Part shown: piece by piece, positions 40,935 through 54,859 of the stretch
How positions within the stretch are numbered: the first letter of the stretch is position 1
Layout: each line of letters begins with the position of its first letter
Assembly: GCA_013239625.1 (NCBI GenBank)
Contig: MU056029.1
Span: 1,178,001-1,242,000 of the forward strand
Reading direction: 5' to 3'
Source of the DNA: Lama guanicoe
Lineage: Eukaryota
DNA length: 64,000 nt
Translations under genes and position numbers: made by a program
The notes under the pieces: model-generated
Told to the model about the DNA's origin: nothing
The model's input: only the letters and a program-made list of their open reading frames with translations
Databases searched by the model: none

Positions 40935-41989
40935 ATGTGATTTCTTTTTGTTTTGCTTTCTTTTTAAAAGGTCACCCTGGATTCTCCCTGGAGAAGAGTT
41001 GGGTTATGGAGTGATGTATAAGAGAGATAAGAGAGAAACTAGTTGGGAGCAGTAATTTTGGAGGGCTAAACCTTGGATTAAATAGTATATTCATATCCTC
41101 TGAATGAAAATTAATTAGAATAAACAGAAGGTGAAATTTCGCAACTTTAATTTCTTCTTTAAAAAGGCAATTTTTCTGTACATCTGTGAGCACTTTCTAC
41201 TTCATCTTCCTTTTTAGGTTTTATTATAACAAGTGTCAAAAACTATAGCAAAGAGTACAAACATACACATATATGAAAACTTCAATATTAATGCTTCAAT
41301 AGGGGTTTGCAGGGCACAAAATTAAAAGCAGAATGTTCCCCCTTTTAAATTAATGTACTGTCTGATATATGTTATAACTTATTGAACAGTATGACACATA
41401 CCTTGTAGATGAAAGCAAAAATTGTTACAAGTTACTATAACACTGTAATTTAATGCTTGCTCATCTAGTTAAACATAGTAAGTAAGACCCATGAAAACTG
41501 ATATACTTTGAATATGTTTGTCCATTCAGATATATGTAGCCTCTCTCCTTTTATTCAAGTATTCTATTTTACATCATTCAATGTCATTTCATGATTAACT
41601 TTATTAAGATCCTGCAGAGTACTTACACTTACTCTAAGGTGTTTTACTAATTGTATGTCTAATGTGAAGGAGACTATCTTCTTCATATTTTTGAATGCTT
41701 CTTGATTTAAAAGGCTTCCATTAGAACATTTATTAAGTAGGTAGCTAGACATCTTTATAAACTGTTAATGTTAATTTCTAATATTTGTTTCAGTTTACTC
41801 TTGTTTTTTTATATACGTAATTATAGTATTTGAAAATAATGACACATATTCTTTCTTTCCTTTCTTGCCTTATTTATTTGACAAAAGCAACCAAAATAAT
41901 ATTAAAAGAGAGTGGGAATATCTCTAAAGGGGCTACTTAAAAGTGGTAATTTCATATGGTTGAATTTTTAATATTAAATTTTAAAATTA

Positions 41990-43255
41990 AATATGATTAA
42001 GATAAATAACCCACTTAAAAGACAATGATTGTCAGTTATTCTTTTTTTATAATACTGAACATTTTACTCACAAAAAGGCAATGTCAAATATGATTCATCT
42101 CAGTAGAAAGACTGAAACTAAAGAATGAAAAAAATAATAAATCTGTAATGATAGAACAAAAGGAAACAGACGTAGCTATATTTTAATCTAACAAAATAGA
42201 CTTTAACAGACTTTAAAGCAATATCATTACCTGGAATCAAATGGATATTTTAAAATGAAAAGTTGCCGAATTCTCTTTTTAAAAAAATCTCCTGAAATAT
42301 GTATTCACATAATAATGTTTCTAAAAACATATAAAGCAAACATTTACAGTACATGAGGGAAAGCAAATTAACCTACAACAACAGTGGGAGAATTGTAAAA
42401 CACTTCTCTTATTTATCAAAAATGGAAACAAATAAAAAAACAGAATACTGGTGAGACCGCAGAAAATCTGAGCACCAGTATTACAATTAACCTTATATAC
42501 AATAGAACTTCACCTAATAAATGCAGAATACATGTTCTTTGCACAGTCATGTGGAATATTTACAAATGTAATACTGTCTTAAAGCCTATCTCAGTAAATT
42601 TCAAAGGAATAAAATAATACAAAGCAGGCTTCCAAAATAAAATGTAACTAATCAGTAGCAAAAGATAAATACAAAGCTACAATTTTCTTGGAAATTAACT
42701 CATGAATCAGAGAAGAAAACATGAGATTTTTTAAAAATTTGAAATGAACTATACAATATCTACATATTGAATTTTGGGGATACAGCTAAAAATTATTTGG
42801 AGAAAATTTATAGTCATAAATGCTTACATTTGAAATGGGGGAAAAATGACAGAAAATTGATGAACTAAATTTGTGTACCATGAAGGTAGACAAAGAAAAG
42901 CAAATTTTTAAAAAGTAGAAGACAAGAACAATGAATAAGTATTGTAGCTGAGATTAAAGAAATAGAAAACAAACATACAATAAAGATAATTAACAAGACC
43001 AAAAGTTGATTCTTAGAAAAGACAAATCAAAAATGATGACATTCCAGGGGAGACTCCAGTAAGAATAAAAAGACAACACACATAATCAATATTAGAAATA
43101 AAACGTGAGGCATCACTACACATACTGCAGAAAATTTTTAAAGTGATAATATTATGAAAATCTTTTTTTTAATTCTCTAAAATGTAGATGAAGTTAATGC
43201 TTTCTTGAAAAAATTAATCTCACAAAAACAGATCCTGAAAGAAATAGAGAGCTTC
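41990..43255 (+). mobile_element. Old L1 ORF2 endonuclease-region fragment
   Basis: 'aattttggggatacagctaaa', 'aacaagaccaaaagttgattcttagaaaag' are L1 ORF2-like. Confidence 0.7.
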
Positions 43256-43507
43256 TGGCAGCAAGAATATAATTACATCATTTGCCTTTTGTTTGCTTGT
43301 GCTCTTGGCATCTCCCAAAACAATTATGAAAACCAAACAAAGCAGGTAGCATAGCATAGGTAAGGGGTGAGAGAGTGAAAATACACAATATTTTCAACAG
43401 AACTACACTACACTACGAATCTCAGATTGGGGGAAGTCATGCCCAGGCACAAAAGAGCCCCATGTGGGACCAGTGGCTGATGGGTAATGGCAAAGAAAAT
43501 TGAAGTA

Positions 43508-43573
43508 CAGCCAGAAATTAACACAACATTGTAAACTGACTATACTTCAATTAAAAAAAAAAGAAAGAAACAA
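43508..43573 (+). mobile_element. Ultra-short young L1 3' tail with perfect 16-bp TSD
   Basis: TSD aaagaaaattgaagta at 43492-43507 and 43574-43589 flanks 'ccagaaattaacacaacattgtaaactgactatacttcaatt' plus polyA. Confidence 0.9.
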
Positions 43574-44639
43574 AAAGAAAATTGAAGTAGGGAAGGACCC
43601 CAAAAGTCATGGTCCGCAAAATCACTAAATACTTCCACCACCACCCCCACCGTAATAAAAGTGCAAACTAAGAAATAACCTGATGGCCGAATCTGAGAAA
43701 AAAAAACCCATTACTCAGGAAAGTTCTCACAGGCTCCTAGTTACAATTAAGTATGATTTATGGGAAAACATTAAACAGGAAGCAGTACTGACACAGCCCA
43801 AGTCACTCAGAGTCCCAGAAAGACCAAACAAAGCACCTCCTTTCCAAAGAACAAAGATTTATCCTAAAGAAAAACTAATGAAAACTAACGATAACAGGAC
43901 TTAAATGGAGCGTTGTGAGATCACAGGGAAAAGAAGGTTCAGAGATTGGAAATATGTGGGGATATCACAGGCAGACCCCAGAGAGCCCCGTAAAAGGAAG
44001 CTGCGGTGATGCAGAACTCTGACCCCTCACAGAGACCAAGATTGGAAGCTTCTCCAATCAGCCTCAGTCCTCGGGGACAGAGAAGTGGATACACAGATAG
44101 GTGCCTTTGGGAGGAAGCATCAGGGTCACCGGCAGGGACCTGCCCCATCTCCTCCCATTGCCTCCCTTCTCCATGGTCCTGACTGACAGCATCTCCCTTA
44201 ATGAGCAAGGATAACGGAGCCTCCACCCCAACTCCTGCCCTTACCATCTGAGGCCTCAGGCCCTAGGATTCCTCCCTCAGGGCCACTACCTTTGTTTAGA
44301 CCCGGGTGGCACAGGGTGCCCGGCCCCATGACTATGGCTCTGGCACTACTAGGGTCCTGGCCCCCTTCTCCTCTGTGCCTTCTCCTTTGTCCTTCTTTTC
44401 TCTCCTAAAGCACCTGTAACACAGCATAACTCGCTGCTCGACCTCGGAGCTGGTGGAAGTGCCACAGAATGAAGCCCCTCCCCAGTGATGAAAGCTGATA
44501 AATGCTTAGCTCAAACACTCTGTGGTAGAATCATTCTGGGGAGCATCTTTGCCTTAGCGTCCAGAGTTCCCCAGAGGGTCTGTGCTCCAGCTGCCCAGAA
44601 AGGTAACTTTCTTGATGACACCCTCTTAGTCTCTGAAGA

Positions 44640-45140
44640 CCTCCAAGTGTACATCTCTACCTCAGATATTTCTCAAGAACTCACCATTCATATCTAACAG
44701 GCATATCAAATTTTAAAATGCCTAAAGCCAAACTCCCCATGTTCTTTCTCCCTCTCCAATTTGCCCTCCCACAGACACGTATTTTAGGTGATTGGCAATC
44801 CTTTCAGTTGCTCAGAACTTCGCTGCTACTCTCACACGCCACGTCTAAACTGCAGCAGCCTGCAGCTCTACCTTTGGCCATTTTCGGCACCTCCACTGCT
44901 AACATTGGGCCAACCCTGTCATCTCATGGCTGCATTATTGTAACAGGACTCCATGCTTCTCTCACCCCGCGCACTCTCTTCCAAGCACGAGGCCTCACAG
45001 AAAGGAAGTTACATCATGCCACTATTCCACACAAAGCCTTCGGTGGCTTCACTTGTCACTCAGAACAAATAACCACAGGTCTCGCTGTAACCACAAGGTC
45101 ATGCAACTGACCCTAAAGTTCTATGCCCCCATTGCCTCAA
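44640..45140 (-). mobile_element. L2 relic
   Basis: 'catatctaacaggcatatcaaattttaaaatgcctaaagccaaactcc' resembles L2. Confidence 0.5.
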
Positions 45141-45145
45141 GCCTC

Positions 45146-45623
45146 TGTAACAGAAAAGAACACATCTGACTCCATATTAGATCTGTTCCTTTGGCTTTAA
45201 CCCTGTGCCCCGTTTTCTAGGCTCAGTCTTGCCAGCTCTGCACCTTTTGTAAAACAATGTTGCCTTTAGCCTGAAATAGACAGGAGAGCCTGTTCTCAAG
45301 GCTCTGACCTTTAAGGATATTAACACTTTTGCACTCCTATAAAAACAACAAGTTGCAGAATAGAAAATAACATTTGTTTTGTTGGAGATTTTACAGGGAC
45401 ACCATGGCCTGACCCACGTGGACAACTGCAAGAACAAAGAATTCCTACACCAAGAAGTTTGCAACAAACAACCACACCCTCTCCTCATTTTTTGTGTAAA
45501 AGAAGCTGAATTCTGATCTGGGGAGGATGGTTCTCCAAGACATTAGTCTGCCATCCTCTTGATCTTGTCTCCGATTTATTGGCCTGTCGTGCGGCAAGCA
45601 AAACAAGTTTGGACTTGGTAACA
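45146..45623 (+). mobile_element. ERV1 solo LTR, same family as 29421-29935
   Basis: Long near-identical stretches ('ctgactccatattagatctgttcctttggctttaaccctgtgccc'), TG...CA ends. Confidence 0.85.
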
Positions 45624-45884
45624 GACTGAGGGCATATTAGAAGGTTTCTTTGCTTATTTTAGGGAAACCATTATGATGCTTTTGAACTATGTAGCTCTTT
45701 GATGTTAATTTCTTCTAAGCACTTGAGAAGTATTTTAATTTATGCTGGGATTTGAATTAGTATGGCATTATTTCAAAAGATAAGAGCAATTCCAAATTTT
45801 AAAGAGTGGAAAGCATCCAATCAAAACAAAACCAGAAGCCAACAGGTAACATTGCAGTAGGTAGTATATTTCCTTTGAGAAAGG

Positions 45885-46730
45885 TGCAAGAGATAATAAG
45901 TGTTAGTGAGGATGTGGAGAAAAGGGAAAATTTTTGCCCTGTTGATGGGAAAGCAAATTGGTGCAGCCACTATGGAAAACAGCACAGAAGTTACTCAAAA
46001 ACTTAAAACAGAGCTAACATATGATCCAACAATCTCACTTCTGGATATACACACAAAGAAATGAAAACAGGATCTTGAAGAGAAATCTGCACCCCCCCCC
46101 CGTCCATTGCAGCATTATTCACAATAGCCAAAACATGGAAACAGCTGAAGTGTCCTTCAAGGAATGAATGACGAATATTCTACGAATATCATTCAGCCAT
46201 TAGAAAGGAGGATATCCTGCCATTTGCAACAACATGGATGGATCTTGAGGGCATTATGCTAAGTAAGATGTTAGACAGACATCAGAGAGAGAAAGACAAA
46301 TATTGTATGATCGCTACTACATGATCTCACTTATACGTGGAATCTAAAAAAGCCAGACTCATAGAAACAGAGAGTAGAATGAGGATTACAAGAGCCTGGG
46401 GGTAGGGCAAATGGGGAGAAGTTGGTCAAAGAATACAAATTTTCAGTTATAAAATAAATAATTTATGGGGATCTAATGTACAACATGGTGATTGTAGTTA
46501 ATAATGTTGTGTTTCTATATACTTAAAAGAAATTGCTAAGTGAGTAGATATTCAATGTCCCCACCACAAAAAGGAAATGATAATTATGTGACATGATACA
46601 GGTGTTAGCTAATGCTAAAGTGGTCATCATTTTACTGGATATAAGTGTATCAAATAACCAAGTTATGCACCTTAAACTCACACAACGATATATATCAATT
46701 ACATATCAGTAAAGATGTAACATTTTAAAA
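45885..46730 (+). mobile_element. L1MA-like 3' end
   Basis: 'gaggatgtggagaaaaggg', 'gcaacaacatggatggatcttgagggcattatgctaag' and the following 3' UTR. Confidence 0.85.
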
Positions 46731-47550
46731 AATATGTATCAGGTCTTTCTTTGATCAAGCAAATAATTTTTTTGTGTTTAAAAAAATCTATCTCAAACAA
46801 GTCTTAGATAATATCCAGCATCTTGTTTCTATAGCTGAACAGCTCCTGTACCTTATCCATCAGCCTGCTTTCTTACAGAAATAGACACCATTCCATGTTT
46901 TCTGATGCTCTTCTTTTTTTCTAACTTTCATGGCTTGATAAATCAATGCAGCTGAATTTGATGTAAGTTCAGTGTCATTTCTTTTGGAAAGTAACTCACT
47001 TTTCTGGGCTTGAAATATCAAGCAAGCAACATCGGAACTCATTCAAAACTTCACCCAAGAAATTGCAGATGTCAGCGAGACAGCCACTCTCCTGAATAAC
47101 AATCTTGTTGGGCAAGTGAATGCAGACAGACCTCATCTCATAATGGAGACCCCATCACAATAGATAATGCAAACAGTAGCCAATTTCTATCTTTTCTCCC
47201 TACCATTTGTCAAACCAGAGGTTGCTTCTTTCTTCCCAAGGAAGCTGAGTTTCACATTGATGTGATTAAAGTTTCCCTGCAGGATTCCTCTGGGGTCCTT
47301 CATAAAATCTGGGTTTTCCTTCAGAGAAATGTTGTTGCTGAGAATAGTCGTCATTCTTGCAGCTGATGCTGCAAAGACAGGACCACATTTTTTTTTTTTA
47401 TTTCCACACCTTTCTTGGTTACTTGTTCTGAGCCCTGCATGTGGTATGGGCTTAAGGCATGTTGAATTTTTACAATGGAAGTGTTATCTCTGTCTTTCCT
47501 AGTCTTTACTCATTTACCTATTTACTCATCTACAATAAACAATATCTGAT

Positions 47551-47552
<2 letters not shown>

Positions 47553-47594
<42 letters not shown>
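47553..47594 (+). repeat. (GT)21 microsatellite
   Basis: Read directly from the sequence. Confidence 0.95.
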
Positions 47595-47596
<2 letters not shown>

Positions 47597-47779
47597 AAGC
47601 AGACAAAGGTGTCTCCTTTCCTTATCGCCAAAATACCTGGTTATCTCTAGTTAGATCTGCATTTCTATTTCTTCACATAGGACTAGATGGCTATCAGGAG
47701 GTGTCTGGGAGCAGCAAACAGAGTGTGACGCACTATATCCTGCAAGAAAACCATCCTCTGCTTGCCTTTTGAGAGGCAA

Positions 47780-49620
47780 AACATGTTTATACGTGGAGAA
47801 CTACAGAACATTGACTAAGGAAATGAAAGATGACTTAAAGAAATGTAAAGATATCTTATGTTCTTGGATTGGAAGAATTAATATTGTTAAAATGACCATA
47901 CTACCCAAAGACATCTACAGATTTAAAGCAATCCCTATCAAATTACCTACAGCATTTTTTCACAAAACTTGAACAAATAACCCTAAGATTTATATGGAAT
48001 CACAAAATACCCAGAATTGCCAAAGCACTACTGAAGAAAAAGAATGAAGCTGGAGGAATAGCCCTCCTGGACTTCAGACAATACTACAGAGCTACAGTCA
48101 TCAAAACAGTATGGTATTGGCACAAAAACAGACATATGGATCAATGGAACAGAATAGAGACCCCAGAAGTAAACCCACAAAAGTTTGGTTAGTTAATCTT
48201 TGATAAAGGAGGCAAGAACATACAATGGAGTAAAGACAATCTCTTCAGCAAATGGTGTAGGGAAAACTAGACAGCTGCATGTAAATCAATGAAGTTAGAC
48301 TACTCTCTCATGCCATACACAAAAATAAACTCAAAATGGCTTAAAGATTTAAACATAAGACAAGATATAATAAACCTCTTAGAAGAAAATGTAAGCAAAA
48401 CATTACCTGACATAAATGTTACCAATGTTCTCCTAGGGGAGTCTACTGAGGCAATAGAAATAAAAGCAAAAATAAACAAATGGGACCTAATTAAACTTAT
48501 GAACTTTTGTACAGCAAAGGAAACCAGAAGTAAAACAGAATGAAAACCTGTAGAATGTGAGAAAATATTTGCAAATGATGTGACTGACAAGGGCTTAATT
48601 ATCAGAATATGTAAACAGCTTATATAACTTAATAAGAAAAAAGCAACAGCCCAATCCAAAGATAGGCAGAAGACCTAAGCAAGCAATTCTTCAATGAAGA
48701 CATACAAATGGCCAATAGGCACCTGAAAAAATGCTCAATATCACTAATTATCAGAGAAATGAAAATCAAAACTACAATGAGGTATCACCTCACATCAGTC
48801 AGAATGGCCATCATTCAAGAGTACACAAATGATAAATGTTGGAGAGGGTGTGGAGAAAAGGGAACCCTTCTACACTGTTGGTGGGACTGTAGTTTGGTGC
48901 AGCCACTGTGGAAAACAGTATGAAGATTCCTCAAAAGGCTATAAGTAGACTCACTATATGATCCAGCAATCCCAGTCCTGGGCATGTAACCAGAGGGAAC
49001 CTTAATTCAGAAAGACACCTGCACCCCAGTGTTCATAGCAGCACTATTTACAATAGCCAAGACATGGAAACAACCTAAATGTCCATCACAGATGACTGGA
49101 TAAAGAAGTTGTGGTATATTTATACAATGGAATACTATTCAGTCATAAGAAATAATAAAATAACTCCTAAATTATGTTTGTAGCAACATGGATGAATCTG
49201 GAGAATGTCATTCTAAGTGAAGTAAGCCAGAAGAGAAAGAAAAATACCATATGATATGACTCATATGTGGCATCTAAAAAAGAGGAAAAAGAAGACACTA
49301 ATGAACTTACCTACAAAGAGAAACAGACTCACAGACATAGAAAACAAACTTATGGTCATCAGAGGGAAAGTGGGTGAGAATGGAAAAATTGGGAATTCAA
49401 GATTTGCAAATATTAAATACTATATATAAAATAGATAAATAATAAATTTATACTGTATAGCACAGGAAACAATATTCAATATCCTGTAGTAACTTATAAT
49501 GAAAAAGAATACGAAAATGAATACATGTATGTATATATATGCCTGAACTATTATGCTGTACACCAGAAATTGATACATTATAACTGACTATACTTTGATA
49601 TAAATTAATAAATATATTTC
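47780..49620 (+). mobile_element. Young lineage L1, 5'-truncated (~1.85 kb: ORF2 C-terminus and 3' UTR)
   Basis: '[17 protein letters not shown]', 'KAKINKWDLIKL', CCHC knuckle '[18 protein letters not shown]'. Its 3' UTR is shared with the short tails elsewhere in the window. Confidence 0.92.
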
Positions 49621-49679
49621 AAGGGGGGAAAAAGAATATTGTATTTTCATTTTCATTTGTCTCTAGCAGTATTAAGTCT

Positions 49680-51680
49680 TCCAGTGAAAACTACAAAAAT
49701 ATTTCTGAAAGATATTACAGAAGACTTAAATAAATGAAAAACATTCATTCCATGTTCAATGATTGGAATACATAATATTGTTTGGATGTCAATTCTACCC
49801 AAAGGGAGCTACAGATTTAATGCAATCTCTATCAAAATCTCAATGACTTTGTTTTTTGCAAAATTATAAAAACAATCTCTCAATTTCACATGAATCTCAA
49901 GGAACCCTGAATAGCTAAGACAATCTTGAAAAAGAAAAACAAAATTGGAGGACTCACCCTTACTGATTTGTAAACTTATTACAAAGCTACTGTAATCAAA
50001 ACAGCATGGTACTGGAATAAAGTCAGACTAAAGAACCCAGAAAAAAATTTCATATCTGGTCACATGACTTACCAAAGGGTGCCAAGGCCATTCAGCAAGG
50101 GAAAGAATCATCTTTTCAACAAATGATGCTGGGAAAATGGGACATTCACATGCAAAAGAATGAAGTTGAATCTTCACCTAACGTCATGTGCAAAAATGAA
50201 CTCAACATGGGTCAAAGATCTAAATGTAAGAGCTAAAACTATAATACTCTCAGAAGAAAACATAGAATAAAAGTTCATGACTTTGAATTTGGCAATGATT
50301 ATCTAAATATGACATGAAAAGCACAGGCAACAAAAGAAAAATAGGCAAATTGGACTTCATAGCAATTAAAATCTTGTGCATCAAAGGACAGTATCCACAG
50401 AGCAGAAGATAACCCACAGACTGGGAGAAAATATTTTCAAATCATGTACCTAGGGAGAGGTTAATATCCAGTATATAATCCAACACCAAAAAACCAAACA
50501 ACCCATTTCAAAAATGGGCAAAGCTCTTGAACAGAACAGCTCTTGAAAGAAGAGACAAATAGCCAGTAAGCACAAATGGATGCTCAGCATCACTAACCAT
50601 TAGGGAAACGCAAATCAGAACATAAGGTAACACTGCAAACCTATTAGGGTGGCTATTTTACAAAAACAGAAGCAAATATTGTTGACTATGTGGAGAAACT
50701 GGAAATCTTGTTCTCAGGAATACAGAACGGAGCAGCCACTGTGGAAAATAGTATAAGAGTTCAAAAAAAATTAAACATATAATTACCATATGATCCAGTA
50801 ATTCTACTTCTGGGTATATACAGAAAAGAATTGAAAGCAGGGGACTTGCATAGATATCTGTATCCCAATGTTCATAGCAGTATTATTCACAACAGTCAAA
50901 AAGTGGACACCACTTTTCAAGGGATTTTTAGGGCAATGAAATTATTCTGTATGATACTACACTGGTGGTTACACTCCATTATGCATTTGTCAAAACCTAC
51001 AGAATGCACAACATCAAGAGTGAACCCTAATGTAAACTATGGACTTCGGTTGATAATAATGTGTCCATGTTGGTTCATCGATTGTACCAAATATGCCACA
51101 CGGATGTGGGATGTTGAGGGCAGGGGAGTATGTATGTGTGCACTCTCTGTATTTTCTGCTTAATTCTGCTGTGAACCTGAAACTGCTCTAAAAAATAGTC
51201 TATTAATAAAAAAATTTTTGTAAACTGGAAACAACTTTTGTTTTTTCATGTTCCATGCCACATGAATGGATAAACAAATTGTGGCATAAACAGACGATGG
51301 ACTGTTACTCTGCCTTTAAAAGGAATGAATTTCATACATACCACAACAGGTATGAACCTTGAAAGCATATGCTAAGTGAAATAAGCCAGACACAAAGGGA
51401 AAATTATTACATGATCCCACTGATATGAGCTACCTAGAAAAACCCAATCCTCAGTTATCAAAAGTAGCGTAGTAGTTACCAGGAGCTAGGGAGGGGGTGG
51501 GAGTGGTGAGTTGTCATTTACGGTTACAGAGTTTCAGTTGCTGATGATGGAAGAGTTCAGGAGATGGATCGTGGTGATGGTAGCAGAGCAATGTGAGTGA
51601 ATTTAATGTCACTGAACTGCCCACTTAAGCAGGGTTAAATGTAAATTTTATGTTATATATATTTTATCACAGTTTAAGAA
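49680..51680 (+). mobile_element. Older L1 (L1MB/MC-like) ORF2 C-terminus and 3' UTR fragments
   Basis: 'acaaagctactgtaatcaaaacagcatggtactgg', 'ccatatgatccagtaattctacttctggg'. Confidence 0.8.
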
Positions 51681-54600
51681 GAGAATTGACTGTTAAAGTA
51701 AAAGATGTTTGGCTAATTAACCCTTATAAGTAGAATTAACACGGTGACAACAATAGCAAACAGGACCCCCCAAAATACAAATATATTGTTCTAAGATTCT
51801 TATACTACACGTGAACTAGACTATGGTCTATTTCATAGACAGATAATTTAAAGATTAAACTATAATAAAAGCAGAGTATAATAATTGAAAGATTTCTATT
51901 TTCAACCTCAGAGAAACTAGTAAAAAAACAGAATAAAATCAATATAGCTAACAAGTCAATAAAGAAGATAAAATGGAATAAAAAAATGAAATGTTTTTAA
52001 AAACTTCATTTACTTCTATTTGTCTGGTAACATAAGTGAAGGAGCTAAGTGAAGTGTCATAACAGAAGAAACCGTGCTGTTCTGAGGAGACTGTGCGCAG
52101 GGTAAGTGGGTGAAGGCTGGGGTGAGAGGGTGGTTAAATATGTCCATTATTGCCAAATGTGCTTTTTATTTTTTCTCTTTTACGAAAAGCCAGAAATCTA
52201 TTTATTTATTCCTCCACTTACTTACTTACCCATTTATTTATGTCAACTCTTCTGGTTTTTAAATGTTGCCTCTGTTATTTTAAAATAGTGCCTACTAATT
52301 AAAACACACCTGTAGCCTATATGTAGCCTCAAATAAATAATAATTTAATAAAGTGAACAATAAAAGAAATCAATGATGGAGGAAAAATACAGAATGTGAT
52401 TCCTGTGAACAGCGCATTTATCACTTAGTGTGCCCTGCACCTTCCTACCTTTGATCCTGCTCTTTCTTTTACTGTTTCTGACATTTTCTATCCAAATTCT
52501 TTTTCAGAGTCCAAATCAACTGCTATCTTGTCTTAGGAACTTTTCCTCTTCTTCCAGCCAGGACTGACCTTTCTGTTTCCTTACCAACCAAGATCCTCTT
52601 GTTCCTGTTTGGGCAAAACACTAAAAAGTCTGTGTCGAGTACACGTGCATCAGTGAGGTTATCATTCCATTAATGAAAAAACTCAGACACTTACTGAATT
52701 CCCACCATGAGCTGGCCCTGTGATATTCATTCATGCTTTTAGCCTAGACTAGCCACTCTCCAGCATTTTTTCCGTGTACAGCTGCCTCCATGAATCTGTT
52801 CTGGAACCTGTCTTTCCCCTGACCAACAAAATTATTCAGTAGCTCCTTGCTTGCATGAGGAAATTAACTCCTTGGCTCCATGTTTCTTGTCTTCCTGTAC
52901 CTGTCTAATGTTACCTCTTTCTATCTTCACCTTGGACTTGAATTTTCCTAAATACAAGATTATGCACTGTTCCAAGAACATGCCTTACTCTACACGACGG
53001 ACTCTCAGCTTAGAGCATCCTCCGTTCAACTTCTTGCCAAGCTCTGCTTCCTCGTGGTGACAGTTTTCTCCTTCAGCCATCTGTACTCCACCAGCATCCC
53101 CTCCCCCTTCCCCCAACACAGCCTCCCTTCACTGCCTCTGCTCTGGGTGGGGTAGAGGGTGGCTAGGGCCCCACCCACTGCCCAGCTTCCCCAAGTTCAG
53201 CTATTTTAGGCTCTCACACTGGAAATGAAATTCTTAGGGAGACCCGTCCAGCACGAAGGTTATGCGGAACTGGGGTGCCCTCTACTGCTTTCCAGAACTA
53301 TAACTGCTTCGCTTTGTGTCATTCAGTAAAAGGGAAAACACTAATGGAACAAATGGGAATACGGCTGATAGACCATTACTCAGGGCAAACACTGAATTCC
53401 ACATTAAAACAAATGTTATGAAATGGTAATAAATATTCTTCTAAAATGTGAATTTCCATAAGGTCATGATATGTCTTATTGTTTCACTATCCCTTCAGGT
53501 CCATTTGATCTAAGGCTCTGTTACATGTTCTTAAATATTACAAGAAGAGGCTGGGCTACCATGTCATCACAGGGAGAAGTAAGTATGTAAGCCATATGCT
53601 CAAATACAATTTTAAAGATTAGCTCTTTCTAAAGATAGCTTCCATATGTTCCATAATATGCATTGAAATTAAACTGATAGAAAAGTTACCAAAAACATGG
53701 AAATTTTAAAAACAATTCATCAAAAGAACATAAATTCTCTTACAGTTGATTTCATTCATTAAGCTGTAAGAATTAGTGTTTAACTCTCGTTAATCCATAA
53801 TGATCCTGGTTTATCTTTTTTTTTTTTTTTTTTTTGCAAAAAGTACTGAATGTTTTTGTCTGGTAATCTGTAAAGCTTAAATTCACTAGTTACCTGAACT
53901 CTTTGTTTTACCTTATGTTGTTTAAACCTGAGAAAAGAGGAGCTGTCCCTGGTACCCCTCAACCTCGAAGTCTGACACCTAGTATATGAAAATTATATTG
54001 TTCTGATTGTTTTTAATTTAATGATCTTGACTGTCAATAAAATTTATCTTCGTGATATGACTTATGAGAAATTAGAAAATAAAGCAATTCATGTATTCAA
54101 TTCATTATTTTAGAATCAGAAAATCTTCTCAAATGAACATCTTACCTAACATATTTCACGCAGAACCACTGAAATCAGAGTTATTTAATACTGTGACTAA
54201 GTGTATATTCAGAATAGCACTTTCTTTTATTTGCAACATTTATGTATTTTTATGTCCTGTTCCTGAAATATATTCACAAGTTGTTATTTTCAGAAAATCT
54301 CAGAATTTTTGGAATGTGCAAAAGTGCCAGCAGTCAGCTGTGATTTGGAATACATGGCATTAGACGTAACTTAAGAATAGAGTGACTTCACACAGCGAAA
54401 GATTAAAGAGCCTTTCCGGAGGAGAGTTAGAAATGTGCCTTTCTCACAGTTATTCTGTTAAAAGTAATTCTAAACAATGCAGTGTCACAAAAAGGAGTAG
54501 AAGTAATAGTATTCTTCCCATCACGTTCTTGGTGGTTTTACTTTAAATCTTAGCATCTCCCCCTGGGTGTTCTAGCCAAAAGCCCCCCCCCGCCCAGGAA

Positions 54601-54779
54601 ACCAGACGCTGCCATCTGAAATCCAAGGAACCTTGCTTGTCTTTTGCGGCCCTGTTCCTGCCAGCCTCACCTCTCAGGGTCTGCCCACTGAGGCCGAGAA
54701 GACATTATCCCAACAATGACACCCCACGCGCGCGTTGCGGGAGGCGGTGCCCCGCGCCAGTGCCTGCGCCACAGACCCC

Positions 54780-54859
54780 AGGGCCCCTTGCTCCTGAAAT
54801 GGCGGCTTCTTGTCATGAATTGCAACTTCATAAAACCCCCAAATGTATATTGCAATTAG
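54780..54859 (+). other. GABRA5: Candidate distal first exon (start approximate)
   Basis: Donor TAG|gtgagc at 54859/54860. Contains aaATGGCGGC (YY1 motif and strong Kozak context). Confidence 0.5.

Noticed and set aside
29421..45623. The LTR pair as the ends of one provirus enclosing the pol region
   Set aside because: No PBS follows copy 1, which has its own TSD. The pol region has its own PPT and a different LTR at 40606.
46860..47042. 60-aa ORF in apparently unique sequence
   Set aside because: No recognisable homology and no convincing splice signals.
47769..48923. Functional L1 ORF2 or a domesticated gene
   Set aside because: 5'-truncated and broken by stops and frameshifts.
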